Part shown: positions 9,223 through 18,332 of the stretch, one piece after another | Position numbering within the stretch: position 1 is the stretch's first letter | Layout of the letters: every line of letters begins with the position of its first letter | IMG/VR virus record: IMGVR_UViG_3300037558_002528 | Span: 1 to 62,876 of that record | Strand: one strand, 5' to 3' | Origin: a virus | Taxonomy: Duplodnaviria; Caudoviricetes | DNA length: 62,876 bases | Notes under the pieces: generated by a model | What the model was told of the DNA's origin: nothing | The model's input: only the letters and a program-made list of their open reading frames with translations | Databases searched by the model: none | Made by a program: the position numbers and the translations under genes

Positions 9223-9912
9223 ATGCGTGAATGGTGGGACGAGTGGTACAACAAGTACGCAGCCATTGCCCTGGTGGTCGCGGGTGGCTACGGCGGCTAT
9301 CACGCCTATTGCTGGAGCAATCTCACGTCTTCCGACTGGGGGACATGGTTCGGCGCCATCTTCACTGCGCTGGCGTTCGGCGGCACTATCTTCTTGGCGA
9401 CGAAGGAAAGTCGTGATCGCAGCAGAGAGCAATGGGATACGGCCGTAGTGTTGGCTGCAGGCATTTTGGAGCGCATAGTTGCGATCCAAAATGCAATAAA
9501 GGGCGTCGACCAGTCGATTGAAGCCGCGCTGGAGGAGATTAGGGAGAATGCGGATCCGCAGACCCATGCGGCGACGCACTTCCTCGACTTTGCAGGTCGA
9601 GTGCATAAGGCATTGGCTGAGTGCCCGAAAATCACGGTTGAGGAACTCAAGGGCATTGTTATCCTCCCGGAGCAGTGCGCCGGGCATCTTGCGGCTACTG
9701 CTCAACGAATCGAAATGGTGAGTACCGATGCACGAAAGATCTACTGGGGAGCCGCACCTCCCGGTCTCAATCCGATTGCCTACCTCTTCGGAACGCAGCG
9801 AAACCTTGCTGCTTGTAAGATATCTCTGCGTCGTGCAGAGCGGGTCTGCCGTAAGGCAATTGCCGGGATAAATGCTGATCTCGTAGACCCCGATACGGCG
9901 AAAGCTGATTAG
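9223..9912 (+). CDS. Hypothetical membrane protein (two N-terminal TM helices), moron
   Basis: SD GAGGGGG; hydrophobic segments including WGTWFGAIFTALAFGGTIFLA; opposite strand to operon. Confidence 0.7.
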   Translation: MREWWDEWYNKYAAIALVVAGGYGGYHAYCWSNLTSSDWGTWFGAIFTALAFGGTIFLATKESRDRSREQWDTAVVLAAGILERIVAIQNAIKGVDQSIEAALEEIRENADPQTHAATHFLDFAGRVHKALAECPKITVEELKGIVILPEQCAGHLAATAQRIEMVSTDARKIYWGAAPPGLNPIAYLFGTQRNLAACKISLRRAERVCRKAIAGINADLVDPDTAKAD

Positions 9913-9920
9913 CGTCGGGC

Positions 9921-11714
9921 TCATGCAGCCTCCCGCAGCGCCTCGATCACCCCATTGGCGATCCAGTACGAGGTGAAAGTAGGTGGGAGCTGGGCGGGCA
10001 ACTGCTTGAGCGTGCCGAACACCAACGCAGTTTCGATGTGGCCTTCCTCGGCCAGAGCATGGAGCCAGTTGATAGCATCCGAGCGGCCCGGCAGGTCCAG
10101 CACATCGAAGCGGTCCAGCATCAGGATGCGCAGGCCGGTCACCTGGGCGACAGCCTGGGCGATCATGGCATCGGTGCGCCATTGCTCGGACTCCGAGAGC
10201 AGGGCATAGGCGCGGCCGCCGGCGGTGATCGCCATATCGGCATCAATGTAGACGGATGCCCAGCCGCTGAAGGCCGCCGAGGCGGTGAGGGCGCTGTTGA
10301 TCGGCTTCAGTGCTTCGGCCAGCAGCTCGCCGGGGATGCCGTCGGGTGCGCAGGCATCGGCCACGGCCAGCCACGCCTTGACCTCTTCGTGCACCTTGGT
10401 GGCCTGGGCGGTCAGGGTGTCGGCGGCGTCCAAGGCACGCTGGGCGGCAGCGGCCGCCTCGATCGCTGCGGTCATTTCGGTCAGGCCAGCCCGCAGTTCG
10501 GCAAGATCGTCCTCCAGGGCCTTGATACCAGCCGAATGGTCGATGTCGAAATCCGTCTGCGCTTCCAGCTCGGCCAGGCGCTGGTCGGCACCGGTGGCAG
10601 CATCGAAATCCCGCCTCAGGTTCTTGACGCGGTTCTGCAGCACCTCCAGGCCACGTTCGTACTCAGGAAGTGAGTTCTTGGCATCGATGTCGACTTCGCC
10701 GACCGGCTTGATCGGTCCATGAGCGGCCTCGTAGGCATCCAGAGCAGCCAGGGCAGGGCGGTAGATATCATCGTCCTCGCCGCTGGCCTTGTAGGGGAAT
10801 TTCTCGACCATGCCATCCAGCGCATAGGCCAGGTCATGTACCAGGCCCAGCGGGCGGCCGCCAACGGCGCGGGTGCGCATGGCCACGACCTCCGGCTCGT
10901 ACTTGGCCAGCTCCTCTTCTGCACGCTTCAGGTTGCCGCTGATGTCGGGGGCCTTCTTGGAGAGTTCGCGCAGCTCGATGCGGCGCTGCTTGGCCTGCGC
11001 CTGGGCATTGTGCTTCGCGCGGGCCTCGCCGATCTGTCCATTGATCTTGTCGATTTCCTGGCGCACCTTGGCCACGTCCTCGGCGGTGTGTTCCACTGCC
11101 GGCACCGTCGGCTTCTTAGCTGCCCAGCCATCGCTGGCCACGCCGCCCCAGTGCGCGCCGGTGATCTGCTGCCAGGCACCTTTCTTCTTCTTCGCCCCTT
11201 CAGCCGCGAAGTCCTTGCCGGCCGGGAAGCCGGTGCGCAGGACTGGAATGACCGTATTCACCATCTGCGGATCGAGGTTGCGCGCGAGCAGGCGCTTCTT
11301 GATTTCCTCGGGCGACAGTTTGGTACCGCTGATAGCGAAGAGGAACGCGCGGCGTTCGTCATCCTTCATGGCGGCGAAGCGCTGGCCGTTCAGGGCCACG
11401 CCGATAGCCGCGCCAGTGGGCAGTCCATCCGAGACCTGGGACGCGCCCTTGGGCAGGTTGAATGCGTAGCTGCGGCCATCATCCAGGCCGACCAGCACGC
11501 CGCCGGCCTTGGAACCGGAATATACCAACGCCGGATATTCCTTCTTCAGCTTGGCACGCACGACTTCGCCGCTGATGGCCATGCGTACCGCTTCCTGCAC
11601 GCTGGACTTGCCCGAGCCATTACGGCCGGCGATCAGGGCGACGGGGGTGTGCAGCTTGATTTCGACCGAGCGTGCGCCCAGCACGTTATCGACTTGCAGA
11701 GTGGTGATTTTCAT
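9921..11714 (-). CDS. SbcC/Rad50-like ABC ATPase with coiled coil
   Basis: Walker A GRNGSGKSS, signature LSESEQ, Walker B LMLDRFDVLD. Confidence 0.85.
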   Translation of the reverse strand: MKITTLQVDNVLGARSVEIKLHTPVALIAGRNGSGKSSVQEAVRMAISGEVVRAKLKKEYPALVYSGSKAGGVLVGLDDGRSYAFNLPKGASQVSDGLPTGAAIGVALNGQRFAAMKDDERRAFLFAISGTKLSPEEIKKRLLARNLDPQMVNTVIPVLRTGFPAGKDFAAEGAKKKKGAWQQITGAHWGGVASDGWAAKKPTVPAVEHTAEDVAKVRQEIDKINGQIGEARAKHNAQAQAKQRRIELRELSKKAPDISGNLKRAEEELAKYEPEVVAMRTRAVGGRPLGLVHDLAYALDGMVEKFPYKASGEDDDIYRPALAALDAYEAAHGPIKPVGEVDIDAKNSLPEYERGLEVLQNRVKNLRRDFDAATGADQRLAELEAQTDFDIDHSAGIKALEDDLAELRAGLTEMTAAIEAAAAAQRALDAADTLTAQATKVHEEVKAWLAVADACAPDGIPGELLAEALKPINSALTASAAFSGWASVYIDADMAITAGGRAYALLSESEQWRTDAMIAQAVAQVTGLRILMLDRFDVLDLPGRSDAINWLHALAEEGHIETALVFGTLKQLPAQLPPTFTSYWIANGVIEALREAA

Positions 11715-11770
11715 CGTAGTGCTTCCTTGTTGTTGTCGAGGCGGGCCGCACTGGGCGGCCGTCCTGCTGG

Positions 11771-12457
11771 TTATTCGACTTGGTACTGGCCCTGGCCAGT
11801 GGATTCCGGCGGATTGACTTCGCGGAAGTCCGGATCCTGGCCGCCGTCACCATCGTGACCGTCCAGCTGCAGGTTGCCGGTCTGGTCATCGTCGTCCGGG
11901 TCTTGAGCGGGCTGGCTGCCGCTGAAGTGGTCTTCCAGGTTCTGCCGGCGTTTTTTCTTGACCTGCTGTTCCTCGAAAGTCTTCTTCTCCGCTGGCGGGA
12001 TCAGGCTGATGTGCACCTCCTTGTTCAGCAGGGTGCTCAGCTTGGCGATGTCTTCCGGTGTGGCGCGGGCGCGCACGATGTATTCCATGTCCACCGCTGC
12101 CTTATCCTTCATCAGGAAGTGCACCTTGTTGATGTCGGCCTCGGTAAGCTTGATCTCGGACGGGCCGCCGGTGCCGGTGTGGGCGACGAAGGTGTAATCC
12201 TCCAGCGTGCCCTTCCAGGGGAAGCGAGGCATGGGCAGGCGCAGGACTGTCAGGCGTTCGCCGCTGACCATGTCGGTCTGGCCATCGCCCTTGTAGAAGG
12301 CCGGGCGCAGCTCTTCGTGGAAGTGGTCGAGCACATCGTTTTCCATCGGCGCCGAGACACCGATATCGACGGCGCCATGCTCTTCGCCTTTCTCGTCGGT
12401 CTCGTTGCGGAAATTCAGGCCGGTGATCTTCACCATCTTGTTTTCAATCTGGAACAT
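11771..12457 (-). CDS. Phage hypothetical protein
   Basis: Long ORF with SD in recombination cluster. Confidence 0.7.
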   Translation of the reverse strand: MFQIENKMVKITGLNFRNETDEKGEEHGAVDIGVSAPMENDVLDHFHEELRPAFYKGDGQTDMVSGERLTVLRLPMPRFPWKGTLEDYTFVAHTGTGGPSEIKLTEADINKVHFLMKDKAAVDMEYIVRARATPEDIAKLSTLLNKEVHISLIPPAEKKTFEEQQVKKKRRQNLEDHFSGSQPAQDPDDDDQTGNLQLDGHDGDGGQDPDFREVNPPESTGQGQYQVE

Positions 12458-12492
12458 TCGTTTCTCCGTAGTTGCAGGGTGGTGGTGGGCGA

Positions 12493-13110
12493 TCAGGGGG
12501 CGGCCTGGGTGTTGCGGTCCTGCAGCGCGAAGAAGATGACGCGGCAGGCGGCCACATCGGCACCAGCATCGTGCGCGTTCTGCAGCGGCTGGCCGGTGAA
12601 GAATTCATAGGCCTCGGAGAGCTTTGGCTGCTTGGGGTTGTTGCGGCCCGCCTTTACCATGGCCGGGGAGGGCGGCAGGTTCACGATGTTGGTGGACGAG
12701 GTGCAGGTGCAGAAAGCAGGGCCAGCCTTCCAGTGGTCGGCGAAGGCGGCATCACGGTGGCGCATGCAGGCGATGCGCACCAGGCGAGCGTCAAACTGCT
12801 CGTTGTGGGCGATGCGGCCGTGCGTGGCCATTGCCCACATGCTGAAGAACATATCCAGCACCACTTTGGCGTCCAGGCCGAACATGGCGGCACGCTCGGT
12901 GCTGACACCGGTCAGGGCCTCGACGTCAGGAGGGATGACCCAGCCGGCCGGCTTGATCAGCTGGCTCATGCTGGCCACCGTGCGGCGGGTATCGAGGTCG
13001 ACCAGGTCGGCGGCCAGTTGGAAGATATGGGGCTGGCGCGGGTCCTCGGACGGTTCCTTGAAGAGGGGCAGGCCGGTGGTCTCGGTATCGTAGAAGAGAG
13101 CAGTGCGCAT
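12493..13110 (-). CDS. DEDDh 3'-5' exonuclease (DnaQ-like)
   Basis: YDTETTG, AHNEQFD, AHDAGADV. Confidence 0.9.
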   Translation of the reverse strand: MRTALFYDTETTGLPLFKEPSEDPRQPHIFQLAADLVDLDTRRTVASMSQLIKPAGWVIPPDVEALTGVSTERAAMFGLDAKVVLDMFFSMWAMATHGRIAHNEQFDARLVRIACMRHRDAAFADHWKAGPAFCTCTSSTNIVNLPPSPAMVKAGRNNPKQPKLSEAYEFFTGQPLQNAHDAGADVAACRVIFFALQDRNTQAAP

Positions 13111-13124
13111 GGTGGCGATCATCC

Positions 13125-14291
13125 TTATTCGGCGGTGTAGGTCTGCTGCGGCTTGGCGCGGCGGGTGGTGGTGCCGGCGGCAACCGGCTGAGTGGCGAAG
13201 GCTTCCTTGCGCTCGCGGTAGAAGGCGCGCAGTTCTTCCTGCTGGGCAGGGTCGGGCACATCGCCGATCAGGTCTGCGGCAACGTCCAGGACATCCGAAT
13301 CGGTCGCCTTTTCGAGAGAGTCGCGCACCTTGGCATAGGACAGCCCTTGGTCCTGGCCGCCGCCATCCTTCTGCTGGCCCTGGGCTGCCTGCTGGCTGGT
13401 CTCACCAGCAGGCCCGGCTGCCGTGCCGGTTTGGGCTGCCCCAGTTTCCTGCTGGGGACTTGCGGGGGAGTTCGGGTTGTCGTCTTCTTCGTCTTCGGCG
13501 TGAGAGGGTGCTGCAGCACTGCCCTGCGAAGGTGTGCGCAAATGGTTGATGTCTGCGGCCGGACGCGACTGCGCTTCGGGCATTTCGATATCGATGATGT
13601 CTGCAGCCTCCTCAACGGTCTGCAGGCCCATCAACAGCTCGGGGGCATAGAGCTTTCCGAAGAAACTAGCGGTCCGGTAGCGAAGCATCACCTCTGGCAT
13701 GGTCTGCCACTTGGATCCGCTCTTGCCGTACCAGCCTTCCTTGACCGCCATTTCGATCGAGACACGCGGGCTGTCGATACGTGCGCCCGTCTCGCGCTCG
13801 ATTGCCCAGGCGATGCATTCCAGGTTAGGGACAGTCACCTTGTGCTTGGTGGTCACGCGCTCACGGTTCACCCATTTGGTAGTCTCGTACTCGACTTCTT
13901 TCGGCCCAAGGTCCTTGAGGTCGAAGCGCAACGGAGAGAAGCGGCCGCAGCCGTTGATGGCGGCGATGATCCACTGTGAAGACCAAGAAGGACGGCCCTC
14001 GACGATGTACAGGTTCTGCATGACCATCAGAGGGTCAGCGCCCATGCGCTGGGCCATATTCAGTGACACCACGCAGTTGGCCAGGGCATTGGGATTTTCT
14101 CCCTTCTTTTCGTCCCATTGCCGGTAAGCCGCCGGCACCAGGGTGGATGAGGAAAGGAGTCGTGCCGCACGCTGCATGAGCTCGAAGGACTGCAGGCTGC
14201 CGAAGCCCATGGTCACTGCCGGCATGCTCTGTTCACGCGGCGATGGGCTCTTAATTTCCTGCAGGGTGGTGGTTTGCTGCTGTTGGGACAT
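13125..14291 (-). CDS. Probable RecT/Red-beta-like single-strand annealing protein
   Basis: DPLMVMQNLYIVEGRPSW and KWQTMPEVMLRYR core next to a PD-(D/E)XK nuclease; SD GGAGA before ATG 14291. Confidence 0.65.
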   Translation of the reverse strand: MSQQQQTTTLQEIKSPSPREQSMPAVTMGFGSLQSFELMQRAARLLSSSTLVPAAYRQWDEKKGENPNALANCVVSLNMAQRMGADPLMVMQNLYIVEGRPSWSSQWIIAAINGCGRFSPLRFDLKDLGPKEVEYETTKWVNRERVTTKHKVTVPNLECIAWAIERETGARIDSPRVSIEMAVKEGWYGKSGSKWQTMPEVMLRYRTASFFGKLYAPELLMGLQTVEEAADIIDIEMPEAQSRPAADINHLRTPSQGSAAAPSHAEDEEDDNPNSPASPQQETGAAQTGTAAGPAGETSQQAAQGQQKDGGGQDQGLSYAKVRDSLEKATDSDVLDVAADLIGDVPDPAQQEELRAFYRERKEAFATQPVAAGTTTRRAKPQQTYTAE

Positions 14292-14314
14292 GATCTCTCC
14301 AGATTGAAGGTGGG

Positions 14315-15115
14315 TCATTCGTGGTACATGCACGTGTTCCAGCGCGCGCAGTACTTGGGGCTGCACAGCTGGGACTGCGGGTTGGGATAAAAAAGGCCGG
14401 TCTGGAACATCACGGCGGCATACTCGATCAGGCCCTTCTGGGTTTCGGTGCCGACCATGACCCGCTTGGCATCGAAGATGCGTGACACGCCGACATTGGC
14501 CGAGGCCGTCGTTTGCAGCGCGATGATCTGGGCGCCGTCGGTAGGTTCGCCGTCGGTGTTCTCGGACATGAGCTGGTAGGCGCCGAGCTGGGCGGCACGG
14601 CCTTGGGTGTTCACCTCGCCGTTCGCAATTACCCGGGCACCGGTCTTGATGTCGGGGATGATCTTGCGGCCATCCACGCGCGCCACCCGGGCCCGGTCCA
14701 TGGTGCCGGTCAGGCGCACCAGGATCCCGTTGCCGCAATCAATCACCAGCGGCTCCAGTGCCATTTCGACGGACTGGTAGTCCATGTGCGGTGCGATCTG
14801 CGAGCAGTAGCGGGCCAGCAGCTTCAGGCCGATGGCTTCGCCCTCGCGCGGCTTCAGGTCATCCTGGCTGTAGTCGATTTCCTGCTCAGGGTTATGCAGC
14901 TTCTCTACGAACACACCGGCCGCGTCATCGATGCTTATGGGCGCGCCGTCCAGGTTGGCCTGGTCGTACGCGGCGGTGCCGGCATGGACGGCCGTGCCCA
15001 GCTGTGCGCGGAACCCACTCGGCTTGCGCATGCCCAGGATGTGTTCGCCTTCCCAGCGGTGGGCGCAATCAAAGAGGGAGCCCCAGGAGGAGGCGCGGAC
15101 GCGGATCTCGCTCAT
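14315..15115 (-). CDS. PD-(D/E)XK nuclease (RecB/RecE-like exonuclease with Cys cluster)
   Basis: GTAVH, GTMD, DIKTG, QLGAY, C-terminal CSPKYC...C. Confidence 0.85.
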   Translation of the reverse strand: MSEIRVRASSWGSLFDCAHRWEGEHILGMRKPSGFRAQLGTAVHAGTAAYDQANLDGAPISIDDAAGVFVEKLHNPEQEIDYSQDDLKPREGEAIGLKLLARYCSQIAPHMDYQSVEMALEPLVIDCGNGILVRLTGTMDRARVARVDGRKIIPDIKTGARVIANGEVNTQGRAAQLGAYQLMSENTDGEPTDGAQIIALQTTASANVGVSRIFDAKRVMVGTETQKGLIEYAAVMFQTGLFYPNPQSQLCSPKYCARWNTCMYHE

Positions 15116-15300
15116 GGCTCGTCTCCCTGCACCGGCGTGGCCAGCTGCGCCAGCTCGGCGGCCGGGAATTTGTGCACCAGGCGCTGGTTCAACTGGAGCA
15201 GGCCAGCTTCCTCGGCGCGCCGGTCGGAGTCGGTCATCAGCAGGATCACGCCGATCATCAATGCGGCGCCGGCATAGGTGAGGGCGGTGGAGCGCTTCAT
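15112..15300 (-). CDS. Small phage membrane protein
   Basis: N-terminal TM, coupled ORF. Confidence 0.55.
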   Translation of the reverse strand: MKRSTALTYAGAALMIGVILLMTDSDRRAEEAGLLQLNQRLVHKFPAAELAQLATPVQGDEP

Positions 15301-15554
15301 CAGAAATCTCCCTTATTGGGGTCGTGGTCCTCGATGCTCAAGGCGCAGCCGACGAAGGTCGGGCCATTGAGGTCTTCGCGCTCACGGTGCGCGATATAGC
15401 CTTGATGCGCACGGTGTTGGCCGGTCCGCTGCTCTTGCTTGATGGCCTTGCAGCTCTTGCTGCAGAACCGAGCCCAGCCGCGTTTCCGGTCTGCCACGCG
15501 GGCTTCGAAGGGCTTGCCGCAGGTCCTGCATTTGTAGGTAGCCTTCGCAGCCAT
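15300..15554 (-). CDS. Small zinc-finger protein
   Basis: CRTCGKPF...FCSKSC. Confidence 0.7.
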   Translation of the reverse strand: MAAKATYKCRTCGKPFEARVADRKRGWARFCSKSCKAIKQEQRTGQHRAHQGYIAHREREDLNGPTFVGCALSIEDHDPNKGDF

Positions 15555-16060
15555 CAGGAGGCCCTCCGCAGCACGGCCTTCACATGCAGCGCGATCTTCT
15601 CGGGCGCCGACAGGTAGCCGGCTTCCGCGTTGCACAGCTTGTGCGCAAGGAAAAGGTTGCTGATATGGTTCGGTCCGCCGTGGGTGGCCGGCACCAGGTG
15701 CTCTTCCGATTCTTCCTCGACGGCCACGGGCTCCAGACAGAAGAAGCAGGCTCCGCCATCGCGCTCGCGGATCGCGGCCAGACGCGGCGGGCTCTTTTTC
15801 TTCTTCGGTGAACGGGCATTGCCGCGCCAGGCGGTCCCGGACGTGAAGGCGTCGAACGCCAAGCGGGAGTCGCTACCCACAAAGGTGATCTGGCCCTTGG
15901 CGTTCCGGTAGACGATCTGCACGGATCCATTGGCCGAGAAGCGCAGCAGCTCGTACTCATTGGTGGGCGTGAGCAGTTCCGCGCCGTGCGATGCCAAGAA
16001 GGCCTTGAACGTCTTGGCCTTCCTGCGGAACACCGCTTCTGTGATCGGAGACTCGCTCAT
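15554..16060 (-). CDS. HNH endonuclease
   Basis: RDGGACFFC, EHLVP..HGG, NLFLAHKLCN. Confidence 0.85.
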   Translation of the reverse strand: MSESPITEAVFRRKAKTFKAFLASHGAELLTPTNEYELLRFSANGSVQIVYRNAKGQITFVGSDSRLAFDAFTSGTAWRGNARSPKKKKSPPRLAAIRERDGGACFFCLEPVAVEEESEEHLVPATHGGPNHISNLFLAHKLCNAEAGYLSAPEKIALHVKAVLRRAS

Positions 16061-16332
16061 TGCGCACGCTCCTTCAGCATCTTGTCGGCGTACGCGCCGC
16101 GCAGCTCTACCAGCTGCTCCAGCGACTCCTGCCAAGCGGCGTTACGTCCCATGCGACGGAAGAAAATCTCGTTCGCCCAGGCCAGGTCGATCGGCGCATA
16201 CGCGGCAAAGTAGTCGCGCAGGCTCATCCCCTCGGGGATCCCGTGCAATATGGCTGGAATGACTTCGCCACTCGGGCCAATGGCCACGCCGCCCGGGAAG
16301 GCCGGTCCGCCAGTCTTGTCGGTGGCCATCAC
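16057..16332 (-). CDS. Conserved phage early protein
   Basis: TGGPAFP...GMSLRDYFAA...YADKMLKER pattern. Confidence 0.75.
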   Translation of the reverse strand: MMATDKTGGPAFPGGVAIGPSGEVIPAILHGIPEGMSLRDYFAAYAPIDLAWANEIFFRRMGRNAAWQESLEQLVELRGAYADKMLKERAQ

Positions 16333-16589
16333 ACACCGCTCCCAGACTTGGCTGCAGGGGCCACGACAGTTGCCTCCGTGGGCATGGTGGTCAGCGGCGC
16401 GCGCAGGGCCTCCTGAAGCAAGATCAGCATGATGATGGCGCCGGCCACGAACGAGGCGCCGTACAGCGCCCAGGTGGCGCAGCGCTTCGCCACGCGCACC
16501 ACGCGCCGGCGCAGGCGGGAGACAGTCGGGCGCGGCTTCTTGGCGGTATCGACGCCGGCGCGCCAGTCGATCAAATGCAGATGGCTCAT
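16329..16589 (-). CDS. Small phage membrane protein
   Basis: Coupled ORF with one TM. Confidence 0.5.
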   Translation of the reverse strand: MSHLHLIDWRAGVDTAKKPRPTVSRLRRRVVRVAKRCATWALYGASFVAGAIIMLILLQEALRAPLTTMPTEATVVAPAAKSGSGV

Positions 16590-16717
16590 GCTATGGCTCC
16601 AGAGAAAGCGGCCAGCACGGCGCACAGCGCCATGAGGGCCACGGTTGCTGTGCGAGGAAGGCCGGCGGTAGCGATCACCGGCATCAAGACCAGGAAGAAG
16701 AGGGCGGGGAAGTTCAT
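16586..16717 (-). CDS. Small hydrophobic peptide (43 aa)
   Basis: ATGA-coupled on both sides. Confidence 0.45.
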   Translation of the reverse strand: MNFPALFFLVLMPVIATAGLPRTATVALMALCAVLAAFSGAIA

Positions 16718-16977
16718 GCTGCAGCTCCGTCCGCATCGATGTCGGCGTTGGCCGCAGCCTTCTCGGCCGCGCGCGCCCGGCGGGCCAGATAGGCCTGCTT
16801 GGCCGGCTCGTCGCCGATGCGGTTCATAATCGACAGGTGCTGTTCGTGCCGCTGGCCATAGGTCATGCCCAGGGCCTTCATCGCGATCTCGTTGATGACC
16901 TGGACGCGGCGGGTGTAAGTGCGCGACTGCGCACACTGGCGCATGATCTGTTCGAGGGCTTGGCGGTGGGAGCTCAT
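16714..16977 (-). CDS. Phage hypothetical protein
   Basis: Coupled ORF. Confidence 0.6.
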   Translation of the reverse strand: MSSHRQALEQIMRQCAQSRTYTRRVQVINEIAMKALGMTYGQRHEQHLSIMNRIGDEPAKQAYLARRARAAEKAAANADIDADGAAA

Positions 16978-17312
16978 TGCGCACCTGCCTTGGCCAAGGT
17001 GGCCTTCATCGAGTCGAGGTCTGAAAAGGACCAGAAAGCCTGGTGCGCCTCGATGGTTTCGATGGCCAGCCGGAGCAATTCCACCAGGTGGTCATGAGCA
17101 TTGCAAGCGCGGACAATGAATTCAGCGGTGGCCTGCGCCACGTCGTTGCCATCGCCATCGGTCATGCCAGTGACGATGAAGGCAAAGGCGGAATGATCCT
17201 TTGCATTGACCTCGGTCCAGCGCCCGCCTTCGGTCATGAGCTCATGAACGGCCGCGCTCGGATACTCGGTGCCAAGGGAATAAGGTGTAGCGGTGTGAGC
17301 CGTGATGCTCAT
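16974..17312 (-). CDS. Phage hypothetical protein
   Basis: HTATP...AEFIVRACNAHDHLVELL pattern; SD GAGGAG. Confidence 0.7.
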   Translation of the reverse strand: MSITAHTATPYSLGTEYPSAAVHELMTEGGRWTEVNAKDHSAFAFIVTGMTDGDGNDVAQATAEFIVRACNAHDHLVELLRLAIETIEAHQAFWSFSDLDSMKATLAKAGAQ

Positions 17313-17403
17313 GGTTTTCTCCTCGTTATAGGCGGCCAGGTCAACCAACCTGGCCGGCGCTTCGGCTTTCGCTGCATGTTTCAACGGCAAAGGAATGTTT
17401 CGC

Positions 17404-17544
17404 GCCAACATCAGAGCGGGCCGGATTGGGTACCGGCTGGGCGAGGAAGTCTGTTACCTCGTGGCTCGCCGGCTTACAAAGTCCGGTGCCTTCCCACTGT
17501 GGCCAGCAGTGCGCCTGCTTGTGCGCTCCCGCTCTGATGTTGGC
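17404..17544 (-). ncRNA. Candidate structured RNA in the early-left leader (multi-branch, tRNA-like 3' end)
   Basis: 17-bp perfect inverted repeat GCCAACATCAGAGCGGG enclosing several hairpins. Confidence 0.45.
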
Positions 17545-17810
17545 CCTGGCCTTTCTCGACGCCAGGGCGGTCTACTCGCAGGGGCCGCTGCGATACCGGG
17601 GCGCTGGCCAGAATCAAATTCGGTGTTTTGTTTCGGAGAACACCCAGGCATGCAGGCCTGTTTGAAACTCCACCATCTAGCCGTAATCCAGCTGGCCCGG
17701 CCTCGCCGGTTCGGCCCCGCTGCCGGCGGCATCTGCATATGCGTCAGGCTTCAGCGGAGCAGTTGTGCTGCACATGGCAGCGATCAAAATCAGCAGGAGC
17801 ATTGCCGTCA

Positions 17811-18164
17811 CTAAGCCCCGATGCCGTACTCGGCAACGAAATCGGCGTAGTCCTGGACTTGGCGGTGCGTCATGTCGAGGGCATCTGTACGGTCGCCATC
17901 GGCCTGGGCGCGGAAGAAGCGGTCGGCATGCGCCTGGCAACCGGCAATGAACGAATCGCTGGCGATCTGGAAGAGGTCGAAGCCGTCGCCCGGCACCGTG
18001 GCCGCTTCGACGCTGTAGCCGATGACGCGCCAGCCATCACGCTGGGTGGTCACCCACAGGTGGAAGGTCTGGCCGTCGCGCTGGTAGGTATCTCCGAGCA
18101 GGCCGGCGCTATCCCTCAGGTTGGCCGGGCGGATCGGATGAAGTTGGGTAGGGGTGTTGGGCAT
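17811..18164 (-). CDS. First gene of the left early operon, hypothetical
   Basis: SD GGAG, directly downstream of OL-like operators. Confidence 0.6.
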   Translation of the reverse strand: MPNTPTQLHPIRPANLRDSAGLLGDTYQRDGQTFHLWVTTQRDGWRVIGYSVEAATVPGDGFDLFQIASDSFIAGCQAHADRFFRAQADGDRTDALDMTHRQVQDYADFVAEYGIGA

Positions 18165-18171
18165 CGCTTGC

Positions 18172-18266
18172 TCCAGCATTCGGTTGTAAGTGACTACAAC
18201 CAAAGGTTACAACAAGCGATTTGGTTCTGCAACACAAAGTTGTAGAAATTGTGAAAAAAAGTTGTA
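18172..18266. promoter_or_regulatory. OL-like operator cluster (TACAAC-N5-GTTGTA consensus)
   Basis: Sites at 18172, 18195, 18228 and 18250 match the sites between cI and cro. Confidence 0.75.
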
Positions 18267-18332
18267 GTCTGGATGATGAGGCGAAAAAAAACCGCCTGGC
18301 GGCGGCTTCTGTACTACGGAAAAAGTTGAGAC

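Noticed and set aside
9187-10182. 331-aa minus-strand ORF and many other long shadow ORFs (e.g. 8423-9448, 22617-23960, 45734-46888)
   Set aside because: They overlap well-supported genes and are expected artefacts of high GC
14315-15115. Cas4-like nuclease implying CRISPR-Cas
   Set aside because: No repeat-spacer array or other cas genes are visible; it sits in a phage recombination cluster
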